NCBI GenBank assembly: GCA_041302385.1
Contig: JBFYRF010000019.1
Span: 1-57,719 of the forward strand
DNA length: 57,719 bases
From: Anaerolineales bacterium
Lineage (GTDB): Bacteria > Chloroflexota > Anaerolineae > Anaerolineales > E44-bin32
Reading direction: 5' to 3'
Numbering within the stretch: position 1 is the stretch's first letter; the number at the start of each line of letters is the position of its first letter. The position numbers were made by a program, and so were the translations under genes. The notes under the pieces were generated by a model. That model saw only the letters and a list, made by a program, of their open reading frames with translations, was not told where the DNA came from and searched no databases. This document shows, piece after piece, positions 28,789 through 38,728 of this stretch.

Positions 28789-29630
28789 TCGAGGCCACCG
28801 CCCCGATGGCGATCGTCACCGACAGCACAGCCGACATCCCGCCCGAGCAGGCTGCGGCGCTTGGCATCACGGTCATCCCGGCCCTGGTCACCGTGGGCGG
28901 GGAGAGCTACGCCGACGGCCAGGGGCTGGTGCGCAGCGAACTGTACCTGGGCATGGCCTCCCGGCGTGACCTGCCAACCACGGCTTCGCCTTCGCCGATG
29001 GCATTCGAAGCAGCCTACCAACGCCTGCTGGACGGTGGCGCACGAGGTGTGGTCTCGATCCACGTCGCCTCGCAGCTGAGCGCGATCCACGCCGTGGCCA
29101 CGCAGGCCGGCAGGAGCTTTCCCGGGAAAGTCCAGGTCGTCGACAGCGGTCAGCTTTCGCTCGGCCTGGGGTTTCAGGTGGTCGAAGCGGCGCAATCCGC
29201 CGCGGCCGGCGCGGACCCGCAGTCGATCGTACAGGCAGCAGAGGCTGTCCGGCGCCGGGTGCGACTGGTCGCCATGCTGGACACTCTCGAGTTTGTGCGG
29301 CGCAGCGGACGCGTTTCGTGGCTGCGCGCCAGTATGAGCGACATCCTGCAGGTCAAGCTTCTCGTGCGCGTCGACGAAGGGAAGGTCGAGCGGTTGGCGA
29401 TGGTGCGTACCCTGCGGCGAGCACTCGATGACTTGGTCGGGATGGTCCCGGCCTGGGGCCCCCTCGGCCGGCTGGCTGTGCTGCATACCGCCGCCCAACC
29501 GGCGGCCGAACGGTTGGCCGGCAGGCTGGCGGCTCAGACCGGGCTGGATCCCTGGGTGGTCGAAGCCACGACGGTCATCGGCGTACACATCGGCCCGGGC
29601 GCCCTGGGCATCTCCGCCATGCTACTATAG
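28785..29630 (+). CDS. DegV family (FakB-like) fatty-acid-binding protein, copy 2
   Basis: IVTDSTADIP...VVSIHVASQLSAIHAVATQA...VVDSGQLSLGLGFQV. The start overlaps the previous stop. Confidence 0.9.
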   Translation: MIEATAPMAIVTDSTADIPPEQAAALGITVIPALVTVGGESYADGQGLVRSELYLGMASRRDLPTTASPSPMAFEAAYQRLLDGGARGVVSIHVASQLSAIHAVATQAGRSFPGKVQVVDSGQLSLGLGFQVVEAAQSAAAGADPQSIVQAAEAVRRRVRLVAMLDTLEFVRRSGRVSWLRASMSDILQVKLLVRVDEGKVERLAMVRTLRRALDDLVGMVPAWGPLGRLAVLHTAAQPAAERLAGRLAAQTGLDPWVVEATTVIGVHIGPGALGISAMLL

Positions 29631-29656
29631 GGGTCGGTCACGGGACTGTACATTCG

Positions 29657-32236
29657 ATGAATCCAGCTCTCGAAAAACTTGCCAAGTTCATGCGGTTGGA
29701 GGCCAGCCGCGGCTTCGACAACCGCGCGGTCCTCGGCGGATTGGAGCGAACGCTCGATTCCTGGCTGAGCGAGGCGCGGCCTGCCGGTGTTCCAGACGAC
29801 CTGCAGAACCGTGTCGTCCAGGTGCTGTCAGCTTATGCCACACAATCCCCACAGGAGCGCCAGCACTCGCTGGAGGCCCTGTGGGGCGAGATTGCCGGCG
29901 AGGGTGCCGGCGCGCTGGGCGGCCACCCACAAGCTGCTCCCGGACCTGACCTGGCGACCGAGCCGCTGCCCAGCGCCCGTCAAGCCCCACCCATGTCTAT
30001 GCGCAGTTCGGCGCAGCCGGAGCCCCCCTCCACGACCGATCCGGCTGCACGCGGCTCGGCCGGTGAGCTGTCACCCACCCCATCTGATGCCGCCAGCGAT
30101 GACCTGCTCGATGAGGACGAGGACGAGCAGCCACCCCACCCGCCTGCCCCTGAGGACACAACGCCCATCGAAGAAGCGGCGTTCCGCGCCCCACTCACCA
30201 CCTTGCCCGGCATTGGCCCCAAGTCGGCCCAGACCCTCGGCAAACTGGGCCTGCACACCCTGGGCGACCTGCTCTTCTACTTCCCCCGCCGCTACGACGA
30301 CTACTCCGCCCTCAAGACAGTCAACCGACTGTGGTTTGGCGAGGAAGTCACCATCATCGCCACCGTCGACGAGATTCGCATGCGCCCTATTCGCGGCGGA
30401 CGGATGAAGTTGATCGAGGCTGTCGTCTCAGACGGCACGGGTGCACTGCGGGTCAACTGGTTCAACCAGCCCTGGATCCTCCAAAGCCTGCAGCCGGGGA
30501 AGCCGGTCGTGCTATCCGGGCGGGTCGACCAGTACCTGGGCAAGCTGGTGCTCAACAGCCCGGAGTGGGAGCCCCTCGAGCGGCAACAGCTGCACACCAA
30601 CCGCATCGTCCCGGTATACCCGCTGACCGCTGGGGTGAGCGGGAAGTGGCTGCGCCGGGTGATGCACTCGGTCGTATCCCGCCTGGCGCCGCGCCTGGTC
30701 GATCCCCTCAGCCGCGAACTGCGCCAGCAAGCTGAGCAGATTGAGCTCAGTCAGGCTGTGCTCCAGATCCACTTCCCCGACGACAGCGAGCGTCTACAGC
30801 GAGCGCAGCAGCGGCTGGCCTTCGATGAGCTGTTCTACCTGATCCTGGGCGTCCTGCGCCAGAAGCGGGAATGGCAGGCGCTGCAGTCGACCCCCCTCAC
30901 GGTGGATGATGCGTGGATGCAGGCCTTCTTCACCAGCCTGCCCTTCGCGGTTACGCAGGCCCAACGCTCAGCCATGCAGGATGTGCGCGACGATCTGGCT
31001 TCAGCACGCCCGATGAACCGCCTGCTGCAGGGTGACGTCGGATCGGGGAAGACAGTGGTGGCGGCGCTGGCCATCGCTATTGCTGCCCGCAACGACCATC
31101 AGGCGGCGATGATGGCGCCCACCTCGATCCTGGCAGAACAGCACTACCGCACGCTGCTGGGGCTGCTCACTCCCCTCGGCGTGCCTGCCGAGTCGATCCG
31201 TCTGCTGATCGGGGCAACGCCCGAAGCCGAGAAGCGCAGCATCCGTCAGGGGCTGGCCGAGGGCCAGGTGCGGGTGGCGGTGGGCACGCATGCCCTGCTC
31301 GAAGAACCGGTGCAGTTCCAGCGCCTGGGGTTGGCGATCATCGACGAGCAGCACAGGTTCGGCGTCGAACAGCGGTCCGAGTTGCGGGCCAAGGGCGGCT
31401 CACCCAACCTCTTGGTGACGACCGCCACGCCGATCCCCCGCTCGCTGGCCCTGACGATCTACGGCGACCTCGATGTCAGCCTGATCGATGAACTGCCGCC
31501 GGGGCGGATCCCGATCGAGACCCGGCTGCTGCTTCCCATCGAACGCAGCCGCGCCCATCGCTTCATCCAGGCGCAGGTCGAGGCCGGCCGGCAGGCGTTC
31601 ATCATCTACCCGTTGGTGGAAAGCAGCGAGAAGACCGAGGCCCTGGCGGCGGTGGAGGAGCACGAGCGACTGCGAAGCACGATCTTCCCCGACCTCCGCC
31701 TGGGCCTGCTCCACGGCCGCATGCGGCCGGACGAGAAGGACGCGGTGATGCAGGAGTACCGCGCCGGCAAGCTGGACATTTTGGTCTCAACGTCGGTGGT
31801 GGAGGTTGGAGTCGACGTGCCCAACGCCAATGCGATCCTGATCGAGGGCGCCAATCGCTTCGGCCTGTCCCAGCTCCACCAGTTCCGCGGCCGGGTCGGC
31901 CGGTCCGAGCATCCGTCCTACTGCCTGCTGCTGCCGGACTCGGAGGATGAGGCAGGCAACGAACGCCTGAGGGCGCTCGAGAGCACGACCGACGGCTTCC
32001 GCCTGGCCGAGCTTGACCTGGAGCAGCGCGGGCCGGGGGACTTCCTCGGCACGCGCCAGTCCGGTTTCGCCGAACTGCGGCTGGCCAAGGTCACCGATCT
32101 GCATCTGGTCGAGAAAGCCCGGCGGCTGGCCTCCCACGTGTTCGAGGAAGACCCCGAACTCAACCAGCCGGGGCATGCCCGTCTATCCGCCCATCTGCGC
32201 CGCTTCTGGTCTGGGGCGCAAGGAGAGATCAGCTGA
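29657..32236 (+). CDS. recG: ATP-dependent DNA helicase RecG with ~180-aa N-terminal extension
   Basis: The wedge region is LPGIGPKSAQTLGKLGLHTLGDLLFYFPRRYDD. The helicase has LLQGDVGSGKT, IIDEQHRFG, TATPIPRSL and QLHQFRGRVGRS. The extension has one structured-looking segment followed by a Pro/Asp/Glu-rich low-complexity linker. Confidence 0.93.
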   Translation: MNPALEKLAKFMRLEASRGFDNRAVLGGLERTLDSWLSEARPAGVPDDLQNRVVQVLSAYATQSPQERQHSLEALWGEIAGEGAGALGGHPQAAPGPDLATEPLPSARQAPPMSMRSSAQPEPPSTTDPAARGSAGELSPTPSDAASDDLLDEDEDEQPPHPPAPEDTTPIEEAAFRAPLTTLPGIGPKSAQTLGKLGLHTLGDLLFYFPRRYDDYSALKTVNRLWFGEEVTIIATVDEIRMRPIRGGRMKLIEAVVSDGTGALRVNWFNQPWILQSLQPGKPVVLSGRVDQYLGKLVLNSPEWEPLERQQLHTNRIVPVYPLTAGVSGKWLRRVMHSVVSRLAPRLVDPLSRELRQQAEQIELSQAVLQIHFPDDSERLQRAQQRLAFDELFYLILGVLRQKREWQALQSTPLTVDDAWMQAFFTSLPFAVTQAQRSAMQDVRDDLASARPMNRLLQGDVGSGKTVVAALAIAIAARNDHQAAMMAPTSILAEQHYRTLLGLLTPLGVPAESIRLLIGATPEAEKRSIRQGLAEGQVRVAVGTHALLEEPVQFQRLGLAIIDEQHRFGVEQRSELRAKGGSPNLLVTTATPIPRSLALTIYGDLDVSLIDELPPGRIPIETRLLLPIERSRAHRFIQAQVEAGRQAFIIYPLVESSEKTEALAAVEEHERLRSTIFPDLRLGLLHGRMRPDEKDAVMQEYRAGKLDILVSTSVVEVGVDVPNANAILIEGANRFGLSQLHQFRGRVGRSEHPSYCLLLPDSEDEAGNERLRALESTTDGFRLAELDLEQRGPGDFLGTRQSGFAELRLAKVTDLHLVEKARRLASHVFEEDPELNQPGHARLSAHLRRFWSGAQGEIS

Positions 32237-32751
32237 TGGTGCGAGCCGTCTTTCCCGGCACCTTCGACCCGATCCACAATGGTCACATCGACATTGCCGA
32301 GCGGGCCTGCAAGTTGTTCGATGAAGTGATTGTTGCGGTGTACGACCGCCCGCTGAAGTCGCTGCTGTTCGAGCCCGAGGAGCGCCTGGCGCTGGTCGAG
32401 GCGACCTTCGGCGGGCAGCCCAAGATCCGCGTCGTCGGCTATTCGGGGCTGACGGTCGACTTTTGTCGCCAGGCCTCGGCTCAGGTGATCGTGCGCGGGC
32501 TGCGCGTGTTCTCCGACTTCGAGCACGAGTTCCGCATGGCGCTGGCCAATCACCGCCTGGCGCCGCAGATCGAGGTGGTCGCCTTCATCACCAGCGAGGA
32601 GCACAGCTTTCTCACCGGATCGACCGTGCGGGAAATCGCCTTGCTGGGGGGCAACGTCGGCAGCATGGTGCCGGTCCATGTGGCCGAGGCACTCAAACGC
32701 AAGATGGGGGATGGGGGCGACGAGCGCCAGATGACCTCCCTGCGGGACTGA
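32236..32751 (+). CDS. coaD: Pantetheine-phosphate adenylyltransferase
   Basis: AVFPGTFDPIHNGHIDIAERA...VRGLRVFSDFEHEFRMALANHRL...SSTVREI-like GSTVREI. Confidence 0.95.
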   Translation: MVRAVFPGTFDPIHNGHIDIAERACKLFDEVIVAVYDRPLKSLLFEPEERLALVEATFGGQPKIRVVGYSGLTVDFCRQASAQVIVRGLRVFSDFEHEFRMALANHRLAPQIEVVAFITSEEHSFLTGSTVREIALLGGNVGSMVPVHVAEALKRKMGDGGDERQMTSLRD

Positions 32752-32756
32752 CGGGT

Positions 32757-32785
32757 TTGACCTCGTCTGGCGATGGGTGTACTCT
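32757..32785 (+). promoter_or_regulatory. Putative sigma-70 promoter upstream of the coiled-coil protein gene
   Basis: TTGACC (32757-32762), a 17-nt spacer, then TACTCT (32780-32785). GGAGG lies 6 nt before ATG 32851. Confidence 0.45.
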
Positions 32786-32850
32786 ACGGCCTGAAGCTTG
32801 CAACCAAGGCGAACGGCCCATCCGACCGGTGAGGTGGACCGGAGGCTAGT

Positions 32851-33351
32851 ATGGACATTCTTCACTTGGTAGACCGGCTCGAGGAACTGCTCAACGAGAG
32901 CCGGCCCATTCCCCTCACCCACAGCGTCGTAGTGGATGAGGACCGCATCCTGGAGATCATCGACCAGATGCGCATCTCGATCCCGGACGAAGTGAAGAAG
33001 TCCCAGCAGCTGCTTGCCCAGCGAGATCGAGTCCTGGCCCAGGCGCAGGAAGAGGCCAACCGGACGATCTCCCTGGCCAAGCAGAAGGGTGAAGAGAGCG
33101 TCAACCGGGATGCCATCGTCCAGGCCGCCCAGTCGCGCTCCGAGCAGATCCTGGCCCAGGCCAGGGTCGACGCCGAATCCATCCGCCGCGAGGCCGACGA
33201 TTACATCATCGAAGCGCTGGGCGCCCTGGAGGGCGAGCTGACCCGTCTGATCAACCAGGCACGCAACGGCGTCGCCAAGCTGAATGCCGAGCGCCAGCGC
33301 ACGCTCCGAACGGCCCAGGAGCAGGACAACGACCCGATCCTCGAGCCGTGA
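32851..33351 (+). CDS. Coiled-coil hypothetical protein (ATPase-stalk-subunit-like heptad sequence)
   Basis: 166 aa, Glu/Gln/Ala/Arg-rich helical sequence (QQLLAQRDRVLAQAQEEANRTISLAKQKGEE...AQARVDAESIRREADDY). It has a good RBS and high GC3. I cannot assign a function. Confidence 0.6.
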   Translation: MDILHLVDRLEELLNESRPIPLTHSVVVDEDRILEIIDQMRISIPDEVKKSQQLLAQRDRVLAQAQEEANRTISLAKQKGEESVNRDAIVQAAQSRSEQILAQARVDAESIRREADDYIIEALGALEGELTRLINQARNGVAKLNAERQRTLRTAQEQDNDPILEP

Positions 33352-33381
33352 CCAGCCATGCAGCCCAATCGACGAGCGGCA

Positions 33382-33403
33382 CGGGCGGCCGGATGGCCGC
33401 CCG
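33382..33403. terminator. Perfect 9-bp GC hairpin between convergent genes (possible bidirectional terminator)
   Basis: CGGGCGGCC-ggat-GGCCGCCCG, followed by gttgtcattg on the plus strand. It sits between the 32851..33351 (+) gene and pyrG (-). Confidence 0.55.
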
Positions 33404-33460
33404 GTTGTCATTGCCCGTGCGGGTCGATCCGCCCAGCTTCAGGCCGATGGGCGCCCCGGG

Positions 33461-35627
<2,167 letters not shown>

Positions 35628-35930
35628 GCTTCGCCTCGTCGCCCTCAGCCTAACGGACGAAGTTTAGCATAGCGGTGTGAGCGGGACAAGCACGACTGTG
35701 GAGTCAGACGATCTGAGGCACCGGCGCGCGCCTTCCAGCCTGCGAGGCGGGCAGCTCTATGGGGAGAAGGGCGTGACCTGCTCCGTCTCGTCCGCCCTGG
35801 GTAGGCGGAATGGAGCCAGGGCCGACGGGGCAGGTAGTTCGCAGGGGGAAGCCAGGCCAAACCCGGGGCAAGGGGTTTCCGGGGCAACCTCGGCCCTCAA
35901 AGGGGACCAGGATGCGGGGTGCAGGGCGGG

Positions 35931-36485
35931 TCAGGCTTCCGGGACAAGTCCAGGGAGCAAGTGCACTCGGATCTTCCCTGCGGTCAGGTCGATTTGCCGC
36001 ACGACGGATTGGATCGCCGGCAGCAGGATTTCGGGTTGGTCTGGGGCCCGCACAACATAGACATCATTGGCGCCGGTCTCGATGATCTCCTCGATCTTGC
36101 CCAGCACTCGGCCCTCTTCGGTGACGACCTGCAGCCCCAGGATTTGCCAGTAGAAGTACTCGCCCTCGGGCAGCGGAGGCAGGTCGTCGACCCGAACGGC
36201 GACCTCTGCCCCACGCCAGCGCTCGGCTTGATCGCGATCGTGGCAGGCTTCCAGTCTCAGAAGCCAGCGCGTGCCATGCAGGCGGCAGGAGGTCACCTGC
36301 GCCACTTCCCGGTCCGGACCCAGGAAGACCGGACTGCCAACCTGCAGACTCCGGATCAGCTCCGAGACCGACGCCACCAGCAGATCGCCACGCACGCCGT
36401 GGGGACGCACTACGCGCCCGGCGGCGACAAAGGTCGGCCGTTTCCGGGCGCGTGACTTGCTGCTTGTGCTCTGCTCGGCTTGCAT
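35931..36485 (-). CDS. rimM: 16S rRNA processing protein RimM
   Basis: GRVVRPHGVRGDLLV...EGEYFYWQILGLQVVTEEGRVLGKIEEIIETGANDVYVV. Confidence 0.9.
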   Translation of the reverse strand: MQAEQSTSSKSRARKRPTFVAAGRVVRPHGVRGDLLVASVSELIRSLQVGSPVFLGPDREVAQVTSCRLHGTRWLLRLEACHDRDQAERWRGAEVAVRVDDLPPLPEGEYFYWQILGLQVVTEEGRVLGKIEEIIETGANDVYVVRAPDQPEILLPAIQSVVRQIDLTAGKIRVHLLPGLVPEA

Positions 36486-36489
36486 TCGG

Positions 36490-36717
36490 TTAGAGGATGT
36501 CGAGCGTAGCCCGCACCCCCTTCTTGGAGGCTGGCACCCGAAGCAGTTGGCGCATGGCGTTGGCCACCCGGCCAGATCGCCCGATCACCCTGCCCATGTC
36601 CTCGTCCGAGACGGTCAGCTCGATTTTGACGTCTCGTCCGCGCTGATTCGCAGTGACCTTCACCGCGACGGGATCATCCACGAGCGAGCGGGCGATGTAC
36701 TCAACCAGCGATTTCAT
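36490..36717 (-). CDS. KH-domain RNA-binding protein (YlqC/UPF0109 family)
   Basis: MKSLVEYIARSLVDDPVAVKV...DMGRVIGRSGRVANAMRQLL contains the GxxG KH motif. The gene sits between rpsP and rimM, as in Bacillus. An alternative start is at 36747. Confidence 0.85.
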   Translation of the reverse strand: MKSLVEYIARSLVDDPVAVKVTANQRGRDVKIELTVSDEDMGRVIGRSGRVANAMRQLLRVPASKKGVRATLDIL

Positions 36718-36766
36718 CGCCGTCGCGCCGCGCGCCTCGTGCTCCATCCCAGCCGCGTCAGCCGAC

Positions 36767-37183
36767 CTACCCCTCGACCGCTGCACCGGCGGACTCCTCG
36801 GCTTGAGCCGCCTTCTGCGCCTTCTTCGACGGCTTGCTGCTCACGGTATCATCCCGGCGGGTGCGCAGATCCGCCGCCGGCTGGCTCCCAGCGCTGGCCA
36901 GCACCGCTTCAACTGCCTCGCCAGCACGCACACGGTCCCAGCGCTCCCAAGTCCCGTAAGTCTTCAGGACCTTGACCAGCGAGTCCGACGGCTGGGCGCC
37001 ATTGCGCATCCAATGGAAGAAGCGCGCCTCGTCCAGGTCGACGGTAGCCGGCCGGGTACGCGGGTTGTAGTGCCCGAGGATCTCCAGGAAGTCTCCCGTG
37101 GCCGGGTCTTCCTTCTCCGCGGCCACGATCCGGTAGCTTGGTTGATGTCTGGCACCCACTCGACGTAGTCGTATACGAACCAT
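36767..37183 (-). CDS. rpsP: 30S ribosomal protein S16 (with Ala/Lys-rich C-terminal extension)
   Basis: MVRIRLRRVGARHQPSYRIVAAEKEDPATGDFLEILGHYNPRT... Confidence 0.95.
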   Translation of the reverse strand: MVRIRLRRVGARHQPSYRIVAAEKEDPATGDFLEILGHYNPRTRPATVDLDEARFFHWMRNGAQPSDSLVKVLKTYGTWERWDRVRAGEAVEAVLASAGSQPAADLRTRRDDTVSSKPSKKAQKAAQAEESAGAAVEG

Positions 37184-37273
37184 CTTCCCTCTCTCAGTTG
37201 CAGGTTTCCGCCGGGTATTCTACACCAGACCGGCCCTTCCGGGGGACCGATCTGCCGCGGGCCCCGCTTGGGT

Positions 37274-38611
37274 TCAGCGGACGCCTGGCCAGGGCAGGCG
37301 CCGGCCCTTCCCAGGGCGGCCGGACTTGCCCAACGTCTTCAGCATGCTGCGCACCTGGCGGTACTGCTGCAACAGTTGATTGACCTGTTGGACGCTGGTA
37401 CCGGATCCGGCAGCCACCCGGCGTTTGCGGCTGGCGTCCAACAGGTCCGGCTTGCGCCGTTCGCCCGGGGTCATCGAGCGGATGATCGCCAGCGTCTGGT
37501 CCAGCTGGCGCTGCGCAGCCTGGCTGTCGATCTTCGTTGCGGCTGCAGGCAATCCAGCCGGCATCATGTCCAGTAGCTGGCCGATCGGGCCGAGGCTGCG
37601 CACTTGGGCGATCTGCGCCGCGAAGTCCTCCAGCGTGAACTCCCCCTTCAGCATGCGCTCGGCTTGCGCTTGCGCCTGGTCCTGCGAGACCACGGCTTCG
37701 GCCTTCTCGATCAGCCCCAGGACGTCGCCCATCCCCAGAATGCGCGAGGCGAGTCGGGTCGGTTCGAAGATTTCGAGTGCCTCGATCCCCTCGCCTACGC
37801 CAATGAACTTGATCGGCACACCCGTCACGCTGCGCATCGAGATCGCCGCCCCGCCGCGTGCATCTCCATCCATCTTGGTCAGGACCAGCCCGGTCAGGCC
37901 CAACGCCTGGTGGAACCCCTGGGCGATACTGACCGATTGCTGGCCGGTCATCGCATCGGCGACCAGCAACGTCTCGCACGGTTGGAGCATCTGGCGCAAG
38001 GCAATCAATTCCTGCATCAATTCGCTGTCGAGCTGAGAGCGGCCGGCGCTGTCGACGACCAGGGCGGTGATCCCGGCGCGGGCCGCGGCCTGCAATCCGC
38101 CGCTGACCATCCTCTGCGCATCCGGCTCCCCTGCCCCGTACAGCGGGACGCCGACCTTCTCGGCGAGCGAAGCCAATTGCGTCACCGCAGCCGGGCGGTA
38201 CGGGTCGGCAGCCAGCAGTCCCACACGCTCACCCCGGGCACGCAGCTGCGCTGCCAGCTTGGCGGCCGTCGTCGTCTTGCCGGATCCCTGCAGGCCGACC
38301 AGCAGGATGACACGCGGCGGCTTGCCGATCAGGTTCAGGCGCCCCGGCTCACCCAGTGTCTTTGTCAGCTCCTGGTTGAGGATCTTAACGACCTGCTGGG
38401 TCGGATTTAGGGCGCGCGCCACCGACTCGCCCATAGCCTGCTGGGCGACGCGCTCGAGCAGTTCCTTCGCCACCAGGTAGTGGACGTCGGCCTCGAGCAG
38501 CGCCAGGCGTACCTGGCGCAGCCCGTCTTCGATGTCGCCCGGCTTGAGCGTGCCGCGGCGGGCCATCCCTTTGAAGGCTGCCTGCAACCGTTCTGTCAGC
38601 GTCTCAAACAT
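37274..38611 (-). CDS. ffh: Signal recognition particle protein Ffh
   Basis: MFETLTERLQAAFKGM..., GLQGSGKTTTAAKLA, DAMTGQ, TKMDGDARGGAA, and a Met-rich M domain. Confidence 0.97.
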   Translation of the reverse strand: MFETLTERLQAAFKGMARRGTLKPGDIEDGLRQVRLALLEADVHYLVAKELLERVAQQAMGESVARALNPTQQVVKILNQELTKTLGEPGRLNLIGKPPRVILLVGLQGSGKTTTAAKLAAQLRARGERVGLLAADPYRPAAVTQLASLAEKVGVPLYGAGEPDAQRMVSGGLQAAARAGITALVVDSAGRSQLDSELMQELIALRQMLQPCETLLVADAMTGQQSVSIAQGFHQALGLTGLVLTKMDGDARGGAAISMRSVTGVPIKFIGVGEGIEALEIFEPTRLASRILGMGDVLGLIEKAEAVVSQDQAQAQAERMLKGEFTLEDFAAQIAQVRSLGPIGQLLDMMPAGLPAAATKIDSQAAQRQLDQTLAIIRSMTPGERRKPDLLDASRKRRVAAGSGTSVQQVNQLLQQYRQVRSMLKTLGKSGRPGKGRRLPWPGVR

Positions 38612-38728
38612 GTGAGATCAGGCCTGAACCATTCGCCGGCCCTGCAGCACAAGCGGACGTGCCGGGCCGGCGGCTTAAGGTGAATCGCGATCTGTCGAAT
38701 GAGATTGTACCGACCCCCTGCCGGCCAG

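Noticed and set aside
31918-33411. 497-aa ORF on the minus strand (and similarly 13087..14577, 17134..18390, 18329..20193)
   Set aside because: These lie antisense to recG/coaD, efp/HAD-DinB, tig/clpP/clpX and DUF1028 respectively. All are shadow ORFs with no recognisable motifs.
35857-35876. Small stem-loop AAACCC-ggggcaag-GGGTTT downstream of rimM
   Set aside because: It has a 6-bp stem and no U tract, and the surrounding 300-bp gap shows no other recognisable ncRNA signature. There is not enough evidence for a terminator or sRNA.
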